Of a DNA stretch of 64,000 nt, positions 27,601-41,500 are shown piece after piece. The position numbers and the translations under genes are program-made. The notes beneath the pieces are model-generated. The model had not been told where the DNA came from, searched no databases, and saw only the letters and a list, made by a program, of their open reading frames with translations. This stretch comes from Lama glama (lineage: Eukaryota), in contig CM052816.1 in NCBI GenBank assembly GCA_028534125.1, positions 34,784,001 through 34,848,000 of the forward strand, given 5' to 3'. The number at the start of each line of letters is the position of its first letter. The stretch's first letter is position 1.

Positions 27601-30339
27601 CACATCCCTGAATTTTCATGTATAAACAGCCACTTTCAACCTGGCACTCTGAGGGGACCTAGAGCTCCCTCTGAGATTCCTGCAGGGTTTTCAGGGTTTG
27701 GAATATGGATCAGAGCACTTCCCCTCTCCCCACCAGCCCAAATCCAACCTTCATCAACAGAAGAATTTTTAAAATATGATTTCTCTTTTTTAAAAAGTTA
27801 TTTGTTTAAAAGTTTCTGCTGCTAAAAAGAAAAAATAAAAATCAGTGCTCTATATCAGTTTTACTATCTATAATTTTTAGCACATTGTATCATATTTTGA
27901 TTAATAGCTCCCTTTGGACATAGTAGATAAGATTCAGACTTCCTAGATTTGAATCCCAACTCTGTCACTGACAAGCTGTGTCACCGTGGTGGCTTTTAAA
28001 TACCCACAAATTCTTTGGCACTCCTGCCATGAATATAGATATAGATAGATATTAATCAAGAACCTATATTAATCAGAAAGACTTCAGCTTCAATGACTAA
28101 TAATCCAACCCAAAATGATTTCTGTGGGGAAAAAGAATTTATTTATTGGCTTGCATAGCTATTCATATTAGCTTCAGGTCAGGCTGTATCCAAGTACTCA
28201 TCAAGTCTCAGTCTATTTCTAACTCTTGATCTCTTAGCCATCCTTTCTTTTGTGCTAACTTTATTTTCAAATTTATATTCATGTCAGGGCCCCTGAAATT
28301 TCCAGGTTTATATCTATCAGTTTTATGTTATAGTCAGAGTTCTAACTTATAACCGCAAACTCTGACTCTGAGGATTAAACAGAAAGTGAGTTTATTAAAA
28401 GACTACTTTAAAAAAAAAAAAAGACTACTTTGTAGGCTACTACTTTGTAGGCAAAAGAACCATCCCTGCAGCCAAACTACCATGATGCTGCTGCTGGCAC
28501 TACCAACACTGGGTTCTTTGTTTACACTGGTACCAAAACCTCGAATACTGATGGTAGTAAGTCCGCTCCAAGTCTAGAAACTCAACCGTGCAACCATGCC
28601 ACCCTCAAAAGCCATACATCTTACTTGTTATCCTTGCTAGTCAGATAGGTCCCCCAGAGCTTCCTCCCTTGAGCTGTTGACTTCCTTATCAGAGTTTCAC
28701 ATGACAGAGTGACTGATAAAGGTATATAGGTCACATGCCTATTTCCTTACTGCTAAAGAGATACTTGGTAAGGCAGAACTCATAAAGAGAAATTCTGTGA
28801 AACCTGGAAATTTTGTTCAAAAATGCTGGGCTAAAATCATAATGAATATCCAGAAGAGCAGCTCCAGGGAAGAAAGAGTCTTTTGACATGTTCTGCCAAA
28901 AATTTCAGATCTAACTTTCATGGTCCTGACTAGATCATGTATTGAGGCTCAACAATCACTCTCCTGTTTGGGAACCAGGATTCGTCACATTCCCACTTCT
29001 AGAGCTTAAATTTACAGCCAGTCTCATGTGATCCATGTGAACAAAAATGGGGCTGATAATCAAGGAAGAATGGATACTGGCAAAACCACCCAGTATCTGC
29101 CACATAGCCCCACCCTGGTCTTTATAGGGCACCACTGAACCCCTAAACCAGTTTGCACTACCCACTCCTCCGTGGTGTTCCCTGAACTACAAGTCATGTC
29201 TAATTCAGGCTGCAAATCCCTGACTATCTTGTACTCAAGTCCACCCCTCCCTAAGACAGGAACAGGAGTATTATGCAGAATCATGCTTATTCTGCCATCT
29301 TGGTTTTAGGAACAAAAGATACAGAGGTGGGAAGAGGGAAGAGAACCCTTTTGGGGAAACTACTTTGGGAACAAAAAGAAAAGGAAGAAGTTAGTCTCTT
29401 CAAGGCAGAGCAATTTTTGCATTCCATCTGCAAGTAGCAGAAGTTTATGCTATTTGTCTTCTCATTCTACTCTAAATTTACCCATGTATTTAGGATTCTT
29501 AGTAAAAGAGTAAGAAACAGAAGCAAACAGAGGTGAAAGAACAGAATTTCAATGGCTCTACTCATTTCTAAGAACGATGGTACCATCTCCCACTGCTTCA
29601 TATATATATTTTTTTTCTGTTGATTTTTGATTTTATGTCTTCTTGTACTCTGAGATGTAAAGCAAGATAGTAATTGAACTATTTTTGTTAATGTCATATT
29701 TTATAAACATTTATTTTAATTACACATTGGGCAACCTAGCTAAAAATGGAAGAAAAAAAAACACATTCAGCATTACTTACATAGTAAAAACAGTTGGTCT
29801 TCTCTAGTATATACCAACAATTTAGAACTTGAGTAAGTTTTTCCTGACTTAATTTCAAGAAACGTTTATATTTTATTATCGTGGAGTAAAGGAAATTTGC
29901 AACTTTAGCCTATTTTCCTTTGATTTAGTTTCATTTAATAAAGTGTAGTTATTAAAAACTTACATGTCAAAGGGCTTTAAAAGCTTTGTTATTAATTTCT
30001 AATTGTATTGTCTTATGTTTAGAAAGTGCTAAAGTGCATTATTTTTATTCTTTACTGAGATGTGTGTATGTGGCCTAAATATGGTCAATTTTCATGAATA
30101 TTCCCTGTGTACCTGAAAATAGATATATTCTCTACTATTCGGGTACACAATTTAATATATCTATAAGGGCTATCTTATTGGTTATGTTTTTAGCTCTTCT
30201 ATAGTCCTATTATAATTTTGCCCATTTTATCTGTCTTGGATTGAGAGAGGTATATTAAAGTGTTCTACTTTTAGTGTGTTTCTACCTATTCCTTCCTGCA
30301 TTTCCTGTAGTTATTAAATTTTAAAAATCAAAACAGGTC

Positions 30340-30780
30340 TACAATGGAATACTTTTCAGCCATAAATACATACATACATAACGCCATTTGCAGCAACATG
30401 GATGTTACTGGAGAATGTAATTCTAAGTGAAGTAAGCCAGAAAGAGAAAGAAAAATACCATATGAGAACACTCATATGCAAATCTAAAAAAAAAATAAAT
30501 AAATACAAAACAGAAACAGACTCATAGACATAGAATACAAAATTGTGGTTGCTGGGGAACCAGGGGTGGGAAGGAACTGGGATTTCAAAATGTAGAATAG
30601 ATAAACAACATTGTACTGTGTAGCACAGGGAAATATATACAGGATCTTGTGGTGGCTCACAGCGAAAGAGAATGTGACAATGAATGTATGTATGTTTATA
30701 TATAACTGAAAAATTGTGCTCTACACTGGAGTTTGACACAACATTGTAAAATGACTATAACTCAATTTAAAAAAGTTAAA
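30340..30780 (+). mobile_element. Young camelid-type L1 3' end with a 17-bp TSD
   Basis: TSD AAAAATCAAAACAGGTC at 30323-30339 and 30781-30797, at a TT/AAAA endonuclease site, with an A-rich tail. Confidence 0.93.
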
Positions 30781-33559
30781 AAAAATCAAAACAGGTCAAA
30801 ACAAGCACGAAGGGGTAAATCTGGAGGGGACAAAAGTCATAGAAAGACTTAGGAGATGTGAGTAGACAGGTGTTGAGGCTCTTCCTTTCTTTGCCTAGGA
30901 ATGGATAGGCCCAGGAGAAAGCTAGATTTGGACTGAATTTCTATGTAAAAACTTCATATATTTTGTTTCATCAATTAAATCATTCCTTCCCCACCTAGGG
31001 CCCACCAGAGTGACTGTGCAGGAGTTGCTGGCTCAAATACAGAACCAATTACCCTATTATCCACACCCAGAGCACAGTATAACTCCAGCCTCTGCTCCTT
31101 TCCAAAATCAGATCATTAGTCTCTACAAACCAAAAACAAGATGGAAGGTGTCTTCTTTTCCAGAAGCCTTCCAGTAGACAAGCTATTCCATACAACTAAC
31201 ATATTGTGAGCCTTTAATAAAAAATGCTTTAAAATAAGGGCCATGTGAGAAATGAAGTTAACTTGGCAAGTAGTCAAAATATAAAATTGCAAATGAGTTA
31301 ATGACATTTCATAATTTTAAACTTTGCCTAATTGAAAAATAATTGAAATTTATCACTATCTCATACATGAAAAGTTTAAGAAAAGACAAATAATGTGCAG
31401 ATGTCAGCATCTGAACAGTTTTTAGCTGATAACATAATTCCTTTGTTATACTTGGCATGCTTGAGTCTCACTCAGATATGTGCTATGGTTTTCACAAGAG
31501 GGTTTTAAGACATTAATCACTGATTCTAGAAACAAATTTATCCTCATCTGATGCTGATTGTTATTATACAACTATTAAGATAAAAATGCATCAAATATCA
31601 AAAATCAGTTAAGCTACAGAAAATATCATGAATGATCCAAAACGACTGTATGCCATCTAGACTAAGAACAAATTTCTACTTTATTTTATGGATATATCTT
31701 TTCTAATTAATTTAACTTGGTAACACAACATTTTTGCACCTGTCTATTGCATTTCATAATATACAGATAAATTTGTAAGGCTATTATCTGTCAGTTTCTT
31801 ACATGCTTTTCTCCATATGGCAACAAATTGAAAGTGCTGTGCTTGTCAGAAGCTAGCTGTGGTGTGTATTGAGAACTATATATAGAGGTGGCCCTCAAAA
31901 AACTTAGAAATGAAAGAAATAGATTGCTTTATGAGACAAACTGTAAAATGAGCATAATTACCATATCTTTGATGGACATATTTTTCTGCAAAAGAGATAA
32001 ATTTCTAGGACTTCAAAACTGTAAAGTATGGATGATGTTTATATACATACCTGTCAGACTAGCCAGCGAAACCCAGAAAAGGAACATCATGGAGGGTAGT
32101 TTGTGGTCCTTCCCAGGACACACAAAGGAGCGCTATCAAAGGTAACATTGGCATCTCAACAGGTTCTTGATGAGAGAGAGTCTTAGGTATCATATTTTGA
32201 GTGTTTTGGTCTCTGGGGCAAGATTATGTCCATGGAGATTTGGACACATCAGCCCTGATAGTATCAAACATTTGATTTATCTAATGCCTGTTGTTAAATT
32301 TTTTATGTTCAGATAAACTTTTAATCACATGACCTTGATTGTAAAAAGGGAAAAACTCTTCATTCTGACTGTGGGTCTTCTAGTTCCTATGACAGTTACT
32401 TTTCATTTTAAGTTTATCAATTAACATTCTGATGTCTCTTGTAATCTCCTGGGCAGTTTATGTTTAATCAGTGTCACAGAACTTCTAGACATTGACTATT
32501 ATCAGTGGCCTCTCCCTGAACCCCCTTCCAAATGCTGATCTATCTGGGGATTTCTATACTTGATCCTAAACTAAGTCACTGCATCTACAATATTAGAAGC
32601 TTAATCAAGGTCTATAAGTAAACAAAATGAGAAACCACAGTTTATTAAGAAAAAAAGAATTGGGGATGGTTGACATAAGCTGGATTTCAGCATCCACCAC
32701 TGTGTAGACAGCCCTCCCAGTCAACTGAAACCTACAAATGAGCATCTTTTCAGAGCCTGGGACAGAGGTGAACGTGGTTCAAGCATAACTCTTGATTTTA
32801 TGGTGAACAATATGTGTGTGTGTGCGCGCGCGCATGTCTGTCTGTGTGTGTGTGCGAGAGAGTCTGTAAATAGATTTTCCCGATGTCTGATCTAGATATG
32901 AAACTAATGCCAGCCCCAAATTGTCACTGTGGTGGCCAATATGATAGTGATCATGCAACTAGAAAAGGGGGAGCAGAGTCAGTGTACATCCCTATGTAGC
33001 TGTATATCATATATCATATATCCTGGACCTGATCTAATAGGGTATCCTGATGTCTGCATACGTCCCCTGCCTCCTTTATGCCGTCTTTCCAATCTCCCAG
33101 ACCTTGAAGAAGACTGTGTTTCAATTTCAAACTGTCCATGAACAGAAATTTTCTCAGACATGGGTTTTGCCACAAACCAGATAACAATCTGACATTAATG
33201 AAGTGCTTGGCATGTATCAAGTGGTTATGACTGACCTTGCTACCAAGAACTAAGGGGATGGATTTGGGTAGAAGGGCACTTTTGAACAAAAAGGAGGCAC
33301 TGTCTCCAAAATAGGAAAAATGTTCTAGAAGGACAAAACAAGAAATGTTTTAATTTGAATTTCTCTAATATATATGACATCTCTAATAAATAAATAGTGA
33401 AATTGAACAGCTTTTCATATATTTAAGGTCAATTTTTATATCTTTTTTGTGAGTTGCCTGTTTCTGTCTTTCTCTTATTTTTCTAATGATTTTTGATCCT
33501 CTCCCCCTCTATTTTTTTAATCTTATTTAATTTTTAAAATAGACCTTGCTTTAGAACAA

Positions 33560-35020
33560 TTTTAGTACTAGTCAGGTATTCCATAGGATGTCCCTATGGA
33601 ATAGGGACACTATTGGTGTTTGTCTTATGTTTTTCTCATGATAAATCTGGGGTCATGGGATTTGGGGGAAGGAAGACCACTCAGGTCAAGTGTGGTTTTC
33701 ATCATGTCGCATCAAGAGTATGTACTATCATCAGCTAGTTTATGAATATTGATGTTGACCTTGATCACCTGGCTGAGGTGGAATATGTCAGGTTTCTTCC
33801 TTGTAAAATCACTCTTTTCCCCCCACATTCCATACAGTCCCCTTTAGGAGAAGGCCACTGTGCCCTGCCTGCCCCTCAGGAGTGGGGAGTTATGTTCCCC
33901 TTCCTTGATGTTGGAGTAGCTACACAAATTATATGAAATTATTCTGCACAGATTTGTCTCTTCTCTCCCATTTATTACTTTGTTTATTTAATCACTTATT
34001 TATATCAGTATGGACTCATAGATGTTTATTTTATATTCTAGGCTATAATCTAATACTACTTTATTTTATTGCTCAACTTGTTCTATCTTAGGCCAGTGAA
34101 GCCATCTGGGCATGGAGATTTTTCTTTTGGAAAGTTTTAAACTACTAATTCAACTTCTTTAATAGTTATAGGACTACTCATTATATATTTTATCTTCTGG
34201 TGTTAAGGAATTTGTCCATTTGTCAAGTTATTGAATTTATGTATGTAGACAGATTTTTTTTTTTAGTGTCCCTTTATTATCCTTTTAATTTCTGCAGAGT
34301 CTGTAAATATCCTCTCTTGAATTCCTGATGTTGGTAATTGGTGTTTTCTATTTTTATTTGTCAGACCTGCTAGTTGTATCAATTTTATTAATGTCTTCAA
34401 AGAAATAGGTTTTAATTGATTTTTCTCTATTGCTTTTATGCTTTTAATCTCATTACTTTCTGGTCTTAACTTTATATTTCTTAATGCTTGCATTGGATTT
34501 TCATTTTCTAGTTTCTTGAAGTGGAAGCTTTATTTGTTTGAAATTTCTTTTCATATACTATAAATATTTAATACTATAAATTTCCCTCTAACCACTGCTT
34601 TAGCGGCATTGCACAGATTTTGCTAAGTTGTGTTTCATTTTTATTTAGTTCAACATTTTTTAGCCCTCTTGAGAGTTGTCCTTTGACTAATGAATTTAGA
34701 AGAGTATTTTAAATTCCAAGAGTTTAAAGATTTTTCTGTCATTTTTCTTTTATTGATTTCTAGTTTAATCCATTATAGCCAGAATATATTTTGCATGACT
34801 TCAATTCTTCCACAGTTGTTAAAGTTTTTTTATAACAAAAAATATGATCTCTCTTGGTAAATGTTTGTGCACTTCAAAAGAATGTGTATTCTACTGTTAT
34901 GGATGGAATGCTTTATAAATGTTAATTAGATTCAGTCAGTTGATGGGATGCAGTTTTTCTGTCCTTGCTGACTTTCTCTTTATGAGGTCTGTTTTACTAA
35001 GAGGAGAGTTTTGACATATT
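33560..35020 (-). mobile_element. Old L1MC/MD-like 3' UTR joined to ORF2 fragments
   Basis: gatgttgaccttgatcacctggctgaggt signature. ORF 34263..34493(-) has L1 ORF2 remnants (TDSAEIKRIIK). Confidence 0.75.
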
Positions 35021-35897
35021 GCCTCCTTTCTTAGTAACAGAACTTCCAAATTATAGCTGGACATTTTACTGCCTAGTTAGAGGTCACATTCTCTAGCTTC
35101 TTTGCAGCTGAGTGTGAACTTGTGATTATGTTCTGGCAATGGGATGCAAGCTGAAGTGTTGGATGTCACTTCCTAGTTATACCTGAAGACAATGCAATAC
35201 CTTACTCTTATCCGTCCCCTCTCTATTTCTCTGGGAAATGGGAAGAGCTAGAGCAGAACTGTCTTCATCCCACAGATGGAAACCACATGTTGAGGATGAC
35301 ACAACAGCCTTGTACTGCCCAACTCTGGACTAGTATGTTGAGAAAAAAATATGCTTTTATCTAGTTTTAAGCTACTGTGTTTTGAGGGGGGGTTTTTTGC
35401 TGCTATTTAGCTTACATACTACTAGATACCAAAATTAAATTAATTAGATGTATATATTTCTTTATGTATAAAAGCCAAAAATACAACTTTCTGTGAAAAG
35501 AAGTTGTTGAATGGTTTATATAAGTGTGAGAGTGTGAAAAAGAAAATTACATATTTATATATAAATAAAATTATAAAATGTGCACACAGGAATGATACAT
35601 TCAGGTTAGGAGATATATGTAGGCAAATGGGGAAGGAAATGAGATTAAGAAAACTGCATTCAAGGGATTTTGTTATATTTTATTTATTTTTTAAAGTACT
35701 GAAGTAAATATTGCAGATTTTATAATTTGGCAAAAGTGGGTGGTGAACATGTATATTCATGACAAATTTCCCAAGGTTTTTATAAATGTTTGAAATAGTT
35801 CACAACCAAAAAATAATTAAAAATAAAAGCCTTCATGGCGAAGGTGGTATTTCCCTTGAAGGATGTATAGGATTTACACAGTCATATTTTATCTGTC

Positions 35898-36384
35898 TGT
35901 ATTAGTTTCCTATTGTTGCTATAACAAATTACCACAAAATTAGTGGCCTAAAACAGCACAGATTAATATCTTACAGTTTTGATGTTCAGAAATAGGTCTC
36001 ACTGGGCTAAAATGAAGATGTCAGCAGGGCTGTGTTTTTCTGGAGGCTCTAGGGAAGAATCCATTTTCTTAATCTTTTCCATCTTCTCGAGACGGCCCAA
36101 CACTGTCTCAAGGTCACCTTCAATCTTTAAAGCCAGCAGTGGTGGTTCATGTGTTTCTCAAGATGCCTTCTCTCTCTTTCTGATTCTTTGGCTCCCTTCT
36201 TCATTTAATACTGTGTGATTACATTGGACCACCTGGCATAACTTCTTCATCTTAACATCAGCTTATTAGCAATCTTAATTTCATCTGCAACCCCAATTCC
36301 TCCTTGCAATTTAGCAGAATATATTCACAGGCTCTGGTGGTTAGGATATGGACATCTTTGGGAAGCTTTATTGTGCCTACCACA
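35898..36384 (-). mobile_element. MaLR LTR, MLT1C/D-like
   Basis: tgtattagtttcctattgttgctataacaaattaccacaaa...ggaggctctagggaagaatcc...gcctaccaca. Confidence 0.88.
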
Positions 36385-38559
36385 GAGGTCATCAGTATTC
36401 TTTGTTTACAAGCAATAGAAATTGTCTCTAACTTAAACAGATAGAGAATTTATTAGGTGGATAAAGGTTTGGCTCATAGAATTACGGAGAAGCTGAATAA
36501 TTTTGTGTTGGAATGAATATGAAACAGAGCAGCTCCTGATATCTAGAAAGTAGAAGATGATTGACAATCTTTTTAATAGAGACTACTATCTTGATGAAAA
36601 TCTCAAACTATGTTTTATTCTTATGCTGTTCAAGACTGAAATTCCAGGGAGAGAGATTCTGACTGGCTTGCCTTAAGTAATGTATCCATTCCTTAGGCAG
36701 AGTTAGGATGAACACCTTAATTGATGGACCCACAAAGATTGTATGCAGTAAGAGGAGGTTCTTCCCCAATGGAAAATCTCGATATAATTACCAGAAGAAG
36801 GAGAAATGTATGTTAGGCAGACAAAATAAGAGATGCCTACTGTAGTAGGGAAAGGTAATCTGAGTAATAACAGCAGTGTCAGTTAGGTTGTAGTGGACTC
36901 ATAATAAATTGTATATTTTATGAATAAGTTTAATTTGGCTAGCATGGAGCATGTAAATAGCCCTCCTAGGATAACAACAGGAAACTAGGCTCAGCTGTGC
37001 AGAACTGTTAGTGTGCAGGTGAAAGATTTTACCCAGTGTCACAGGCACAGGCAGCTATCAGATGTTATACTAATAGCAACTGTAGTTAAGGAAGCTCAGG
37101 TCAATGGCTTTGGGAGCAAATTGAATAGGAAGTTAGATTCAAAATACAGTTATGCCACTAATAGCTAAGAACAAATCTTACCTAGTCATTTCCATTCTCT
37201 CTTGCATTAGAAAGTAAACTTGTAGTTAGTGAAAGATGAGCCTGATTTCCTAGAGATCAATGATTTCTTCAGATCTTTGGGGAAGGAGGCAAGATTCATG
37301 ATATTCTATAAAGACACGTCTAAAAACTCCTTCACAGAGACTCAGCGTAACCTCCCATAATGACAACCACAGAAGCAAGGATACACAAAACCTTCTTTAT
37401 CCTACTCCATTTATTTTTGTCTTTCAGACCCCATAGTTATCTATCTACCTCATTGTTCTTTCTATCCAGCAGCTGTTTTTTTTCCCAGGTATTCAATAAA
37501 GGAGTTTATACATTCATCCTAGCTACATCCTTAACTAGGCTCTGTGCCACATAAAATTGCTAGATGATTTTCAAAGAGACTAATTTTAAAAGTCACACAT
37601 TTGAAGGTTGATGTTGAAGCCTCACAAAGAGAAATTACTAAAGGAAGTAATTTGATTCTCAAATATTTGCAACTTGCATACACGACAAAGATAAAAAGAA
37701 TTCCTGGTCAGAGCTACTACTTCTCAGGAATCCTGGAAGCAATATGAAACTCAAGCTGTGAATCTGAAAAGGAATGTAAAGTATTAACAAGTACTCTCAA
37801 TGTACCATCATCATTGCCTAGAAATATTTTCCCCTTGCTTCTGAAACATCATCCATTTTTATCTGGATTATAACAGCTCCTCTTCTGTCTCCCTTGTTTT
37901 GCTGGCCAGTGGAATAGATGAGTCATTACACCATCTGGGCTAGAGGAAAGGGAGATGTATGGCTGAATAAAGCTGAATATTATCTGCATAATGATGGCCT
38001 TGCAGTCCAAAATATCTGTTTCTCAGTGTCCTCATCTACACTTAGTCTCTCTCCAAAACAAAATTAGAGGGTATTCTACAAAAGCAATTTCTGGCTACTT
38101 ATTCCCACCTCTATGTCAACATTACCAAACTTTTGGCACCATAAACTCAAGGCAGCATTGACTTTTCAAAGGTTAGGTAATGGCTGAAAAGGGTGGATTA
38201 AATTAATTTAGCAAAATACATAGCACCACATTTTTGAGGTGCTATTCAAAATTCTAAATGACACCACTCCTCAAGAACAAAGTCAGCATTTGAAGAGGTA
38301 AATGTCAGTCTTTGCTTAGAGGTAGAATTGGGGTTTTCCAAATGCTGCAGGTTTTCATTTCATTGCATGTGTGTGTGTGTGCGCACACGTGTACATTTAT
38401 GTATGCTTTGCTAAGTGACAGGATACAGTGGAGAAAAAGAAAAGACATATATCTTGCCTTCACAGAGTTTATGGATGAGCATGTCAAACATATAGACTAC
38501 ATGTGGAATATATATGTGCTTCTAGAAATATAAGACCTGTATTTAAAGCACAGGTAATC

Positions 38560-41500
38560 ATTACTCAGCCATAAAAAAGAATAAAATAATGCCATTTGCA
38601 ACAACATGGATGGATCTGGAGATCACATCTTTATCCATTCATCTGTTGATGGACACTTAGGTTCTGTCCATATCTTGGCAACTGTAAATAATGCTGCTCT
38701 GAACATTGGGGTTCATGTATTTTTTTCAAGTTAGTATATTTATTTTCTTTGGGTATATATCCAGCAGTGGACTTGCTGAATCATATGGTAGTTCTAGTTT
38801 TAGTTTTTTGAGTAACATCCATATTGTTTTCCACAGTGACTGCACCAATTTACATTCCCACTAACAGTATACTGGGTTCACTTTAATCCACATCCTCACC
38901 AACATTTGTTATTTGTAGTCTTTTTGATGATAGCCATACTGACAGGTGTGGTTTAATATCTCAGTGTGGTTTTGATTTGCATTTCTCTGATGATTAGTTA
39001 TGTTGAGTATCTTTTCATGTGCTTGTTGGCCATCTGTATGTGTCCTTTGGAAAAATATCTATTCTTGTCTTCTGCCCATTTTTCAATTGGGTTGCTTGTT
39101 TTTTTTTAATATTGAGTTATACAAGCTGTTTATATATTTAGATATAATATCATATCATTTGCAAATATTTTCTTCCATACAGTAGGTTAGCTTTTCATTT
39201 TGTCAGTGGTTTGTTTGTTTTTGCTTTTGTTTCCTTTGCCTCAAGAGACTGACCCCCCAAAATATTATGATGATCTATGTCAAAGAGTGTTCAGCCTATG
39301 TTTTCTTCTAGGAGTTTTATGATCTACGGTCTTACATTTAGATCTTTAATCCATACTGAGTTTATTTTGGATATGGTGTGAGAAAATGATGTAACCTCAT
39401 TCTTTTTCTTTTAATGGAGATACTGGGGATTGAACCCAGGACCACATGCATGATAAGATGTTGTGTCGTGTAGATTTTGGAAAACTGGAAAACAAATTTT
39501 CATTTGTCTCTTCGTATTTTCTGATATTTTCTTTGATTTCTTCATTGACCCATTTGTTCTTTAGTAATATGTTGTTTAGTCTCCACATTTGTGTTTTTCC
39601 CATTTTTCTCCCAGTAGTTGAATTCCAGTTTCATATTGTTATGGTGGGATAAAAGGCTTGATTTTGATATTGCTATAATTTTTATCCTCTAAAATTTATT
39701 AAGACTTGTTTTGTGGCCTAGCCTAATATATCTATCCTGGAGAACATTCCATGTGTATTTGAAAAAAAATTAAATTCTGCTGTTTTGGGATGGAATGTCC
39801 TGTAGATATCTATTAAGTTCATCTGTTCTGTTGTGTCATTTAAGGCCACTATTTCCTTATTGATTTTTCTATCTGGAGAATTGGTCCATTGATGTAAGTG
39901 AGGTGTCAAAGTCCTCTACTATTATTATATTATTGGCAGTTTCTCCCTTTATGTCCATTAATATTTGCTTTATATATTTAGGTGCTCCTGTATTAGGTTC
40001 ATATACACTAATCAGTTTTATGTCCTCTTATTGTACTGAGCCCTTTTATTTATATAATGCCCTTCTCTGTCTTTCATTATAGACTTTCTTTTAAAGTCTA
40101 TTTTGTCTCATATGTGTATTGCTACCCCTGCTTTGTCATATTCTTTCACATGAAATATCTCTTTCCATCTCCTCACTTTTAATCTGTGTGCATCTTTAGC
40201 TGTAACTTGAACCCATCATAAGCAACATATAGATGGGTTTGTTTCTTTATCCAATCAGCCACCATATGTCCTTTGACTAGAGTTTTAGTCCGTTGATATT
40301 TATAGTGATTATTGATAGCTATGTACTTACTGCCTTTTTTTTACTTGTTTTCTGATAATTTTTATAGTTCTTACCTGTTTATTTCTTCTTTTAATTTCTT
40401 CCCTTGTGGTTTGATGATTTTCTTTAGTGGTATGTTTGTGTTCTTTTCTCTGTAGTTTTTGTGTATCTATTTTAGGTTTTGGATTTGTGGTTACTGTTGG
40501 TTTCACATACGTTAACCTAGAACTATATCTACTTGTTTTAAACTGGCAGTCAGTTAAGTTCAAAAAGAATCTAAAAGATCTACATTTGTTACTCCCTTCC
40601 CCCACATTTTGTATTTTTGAAGTCATATTTTACATCTTCATGTTTATCCTTTCATTGTTTATTGTAAGTATAGCTGAGTTTAAATGCTTTTGTCTTTTAA
40701 TCTTTATACTAACTTATTTAAGTGTTTGACCCACAGCCTTTATCATGCATTTGCTTTTACTACTGGGATTTTTACTTTCCTATAAATTCTTACTTCTTGT
40801 TATAGCCTTTTTTTTCCACTTAGAGAAAACTTTATAAAATTTCTTTTAGAAAAGGTTGGTATTGATGAACTCTTCTAGTTTGTACTTATCTGAGAAGTTT
40901 ATTATCTTTCCTTCAATTCTAAATGATAATCTTGCTGGTAGAGTATCCTGGGTTGTATGTTTTTCCTTTTCAGCCCTTTCAATAAATCATGACACTCCCT
41001 TCTGGCTTGCAAAGTTTCTGCAGAAAAATCAGCTGATAGCCTTATGAGAGGTTCTTTTGTATGTGATTCTTTTTTTTTTCTTTTGCTGCCTTTAGATTTC
41101 TCTCTTTATCTTTAACTTTTGCCATTTTAATTGTATGTCTTGGTGTAGATATATTTGGATTTATCTCTTTGGGGAGCTTCTGTGCTTCTTGTTCCCTGAT
41201 ATCTGTTTCTGTTTTCAGGTTCAGGAAGTTTTCAGCGATAATTTTATCAAATCCATTGTCTATCCCTGTTCCTCGTCCCCTTGGGAGCCCTATAACGCAA
41301 ATATTGATATGCTTGATATTGTCCCAGAGGTCCCTCCAACTGTTCTCATTTTTAAATTTTGTTTTTCTTTTTGCTGCTCTGAATGGGTGATTTCCATTAT
41401 TTTACCTTCCTGATCACTTCTGCATTTTGCATTTTTCTCTATCACCCAGTCTGCTCTTAATTCCTTCTAGTGTGTTTTTTATTTCAGTTATTGTATTCTT

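Noticed and set aside
32060..32700. Unique-looking stretch considered as a processed pseudogene
   Set aside because: No recognisable protein similarity, polyA tail or TSD by eye. A translated search would be needed.
32811..32860. Alternating purine-pyrimidine tract with (CG)n, Z-DNA-prone
   Set aside because: Ordinary short compound microsatellite, far from the promoter
39415..39445. tRNA-like B-box
   Set aside because: Part of a truncated SINE, with no A-box or cloverleaf, so not a tRNA gene
39397..40626. L1 endonuclease-like peptides
   Set aside because: Frameshifted, stop-interrupted remnants of a dead L1, not a functional or domesticated gene
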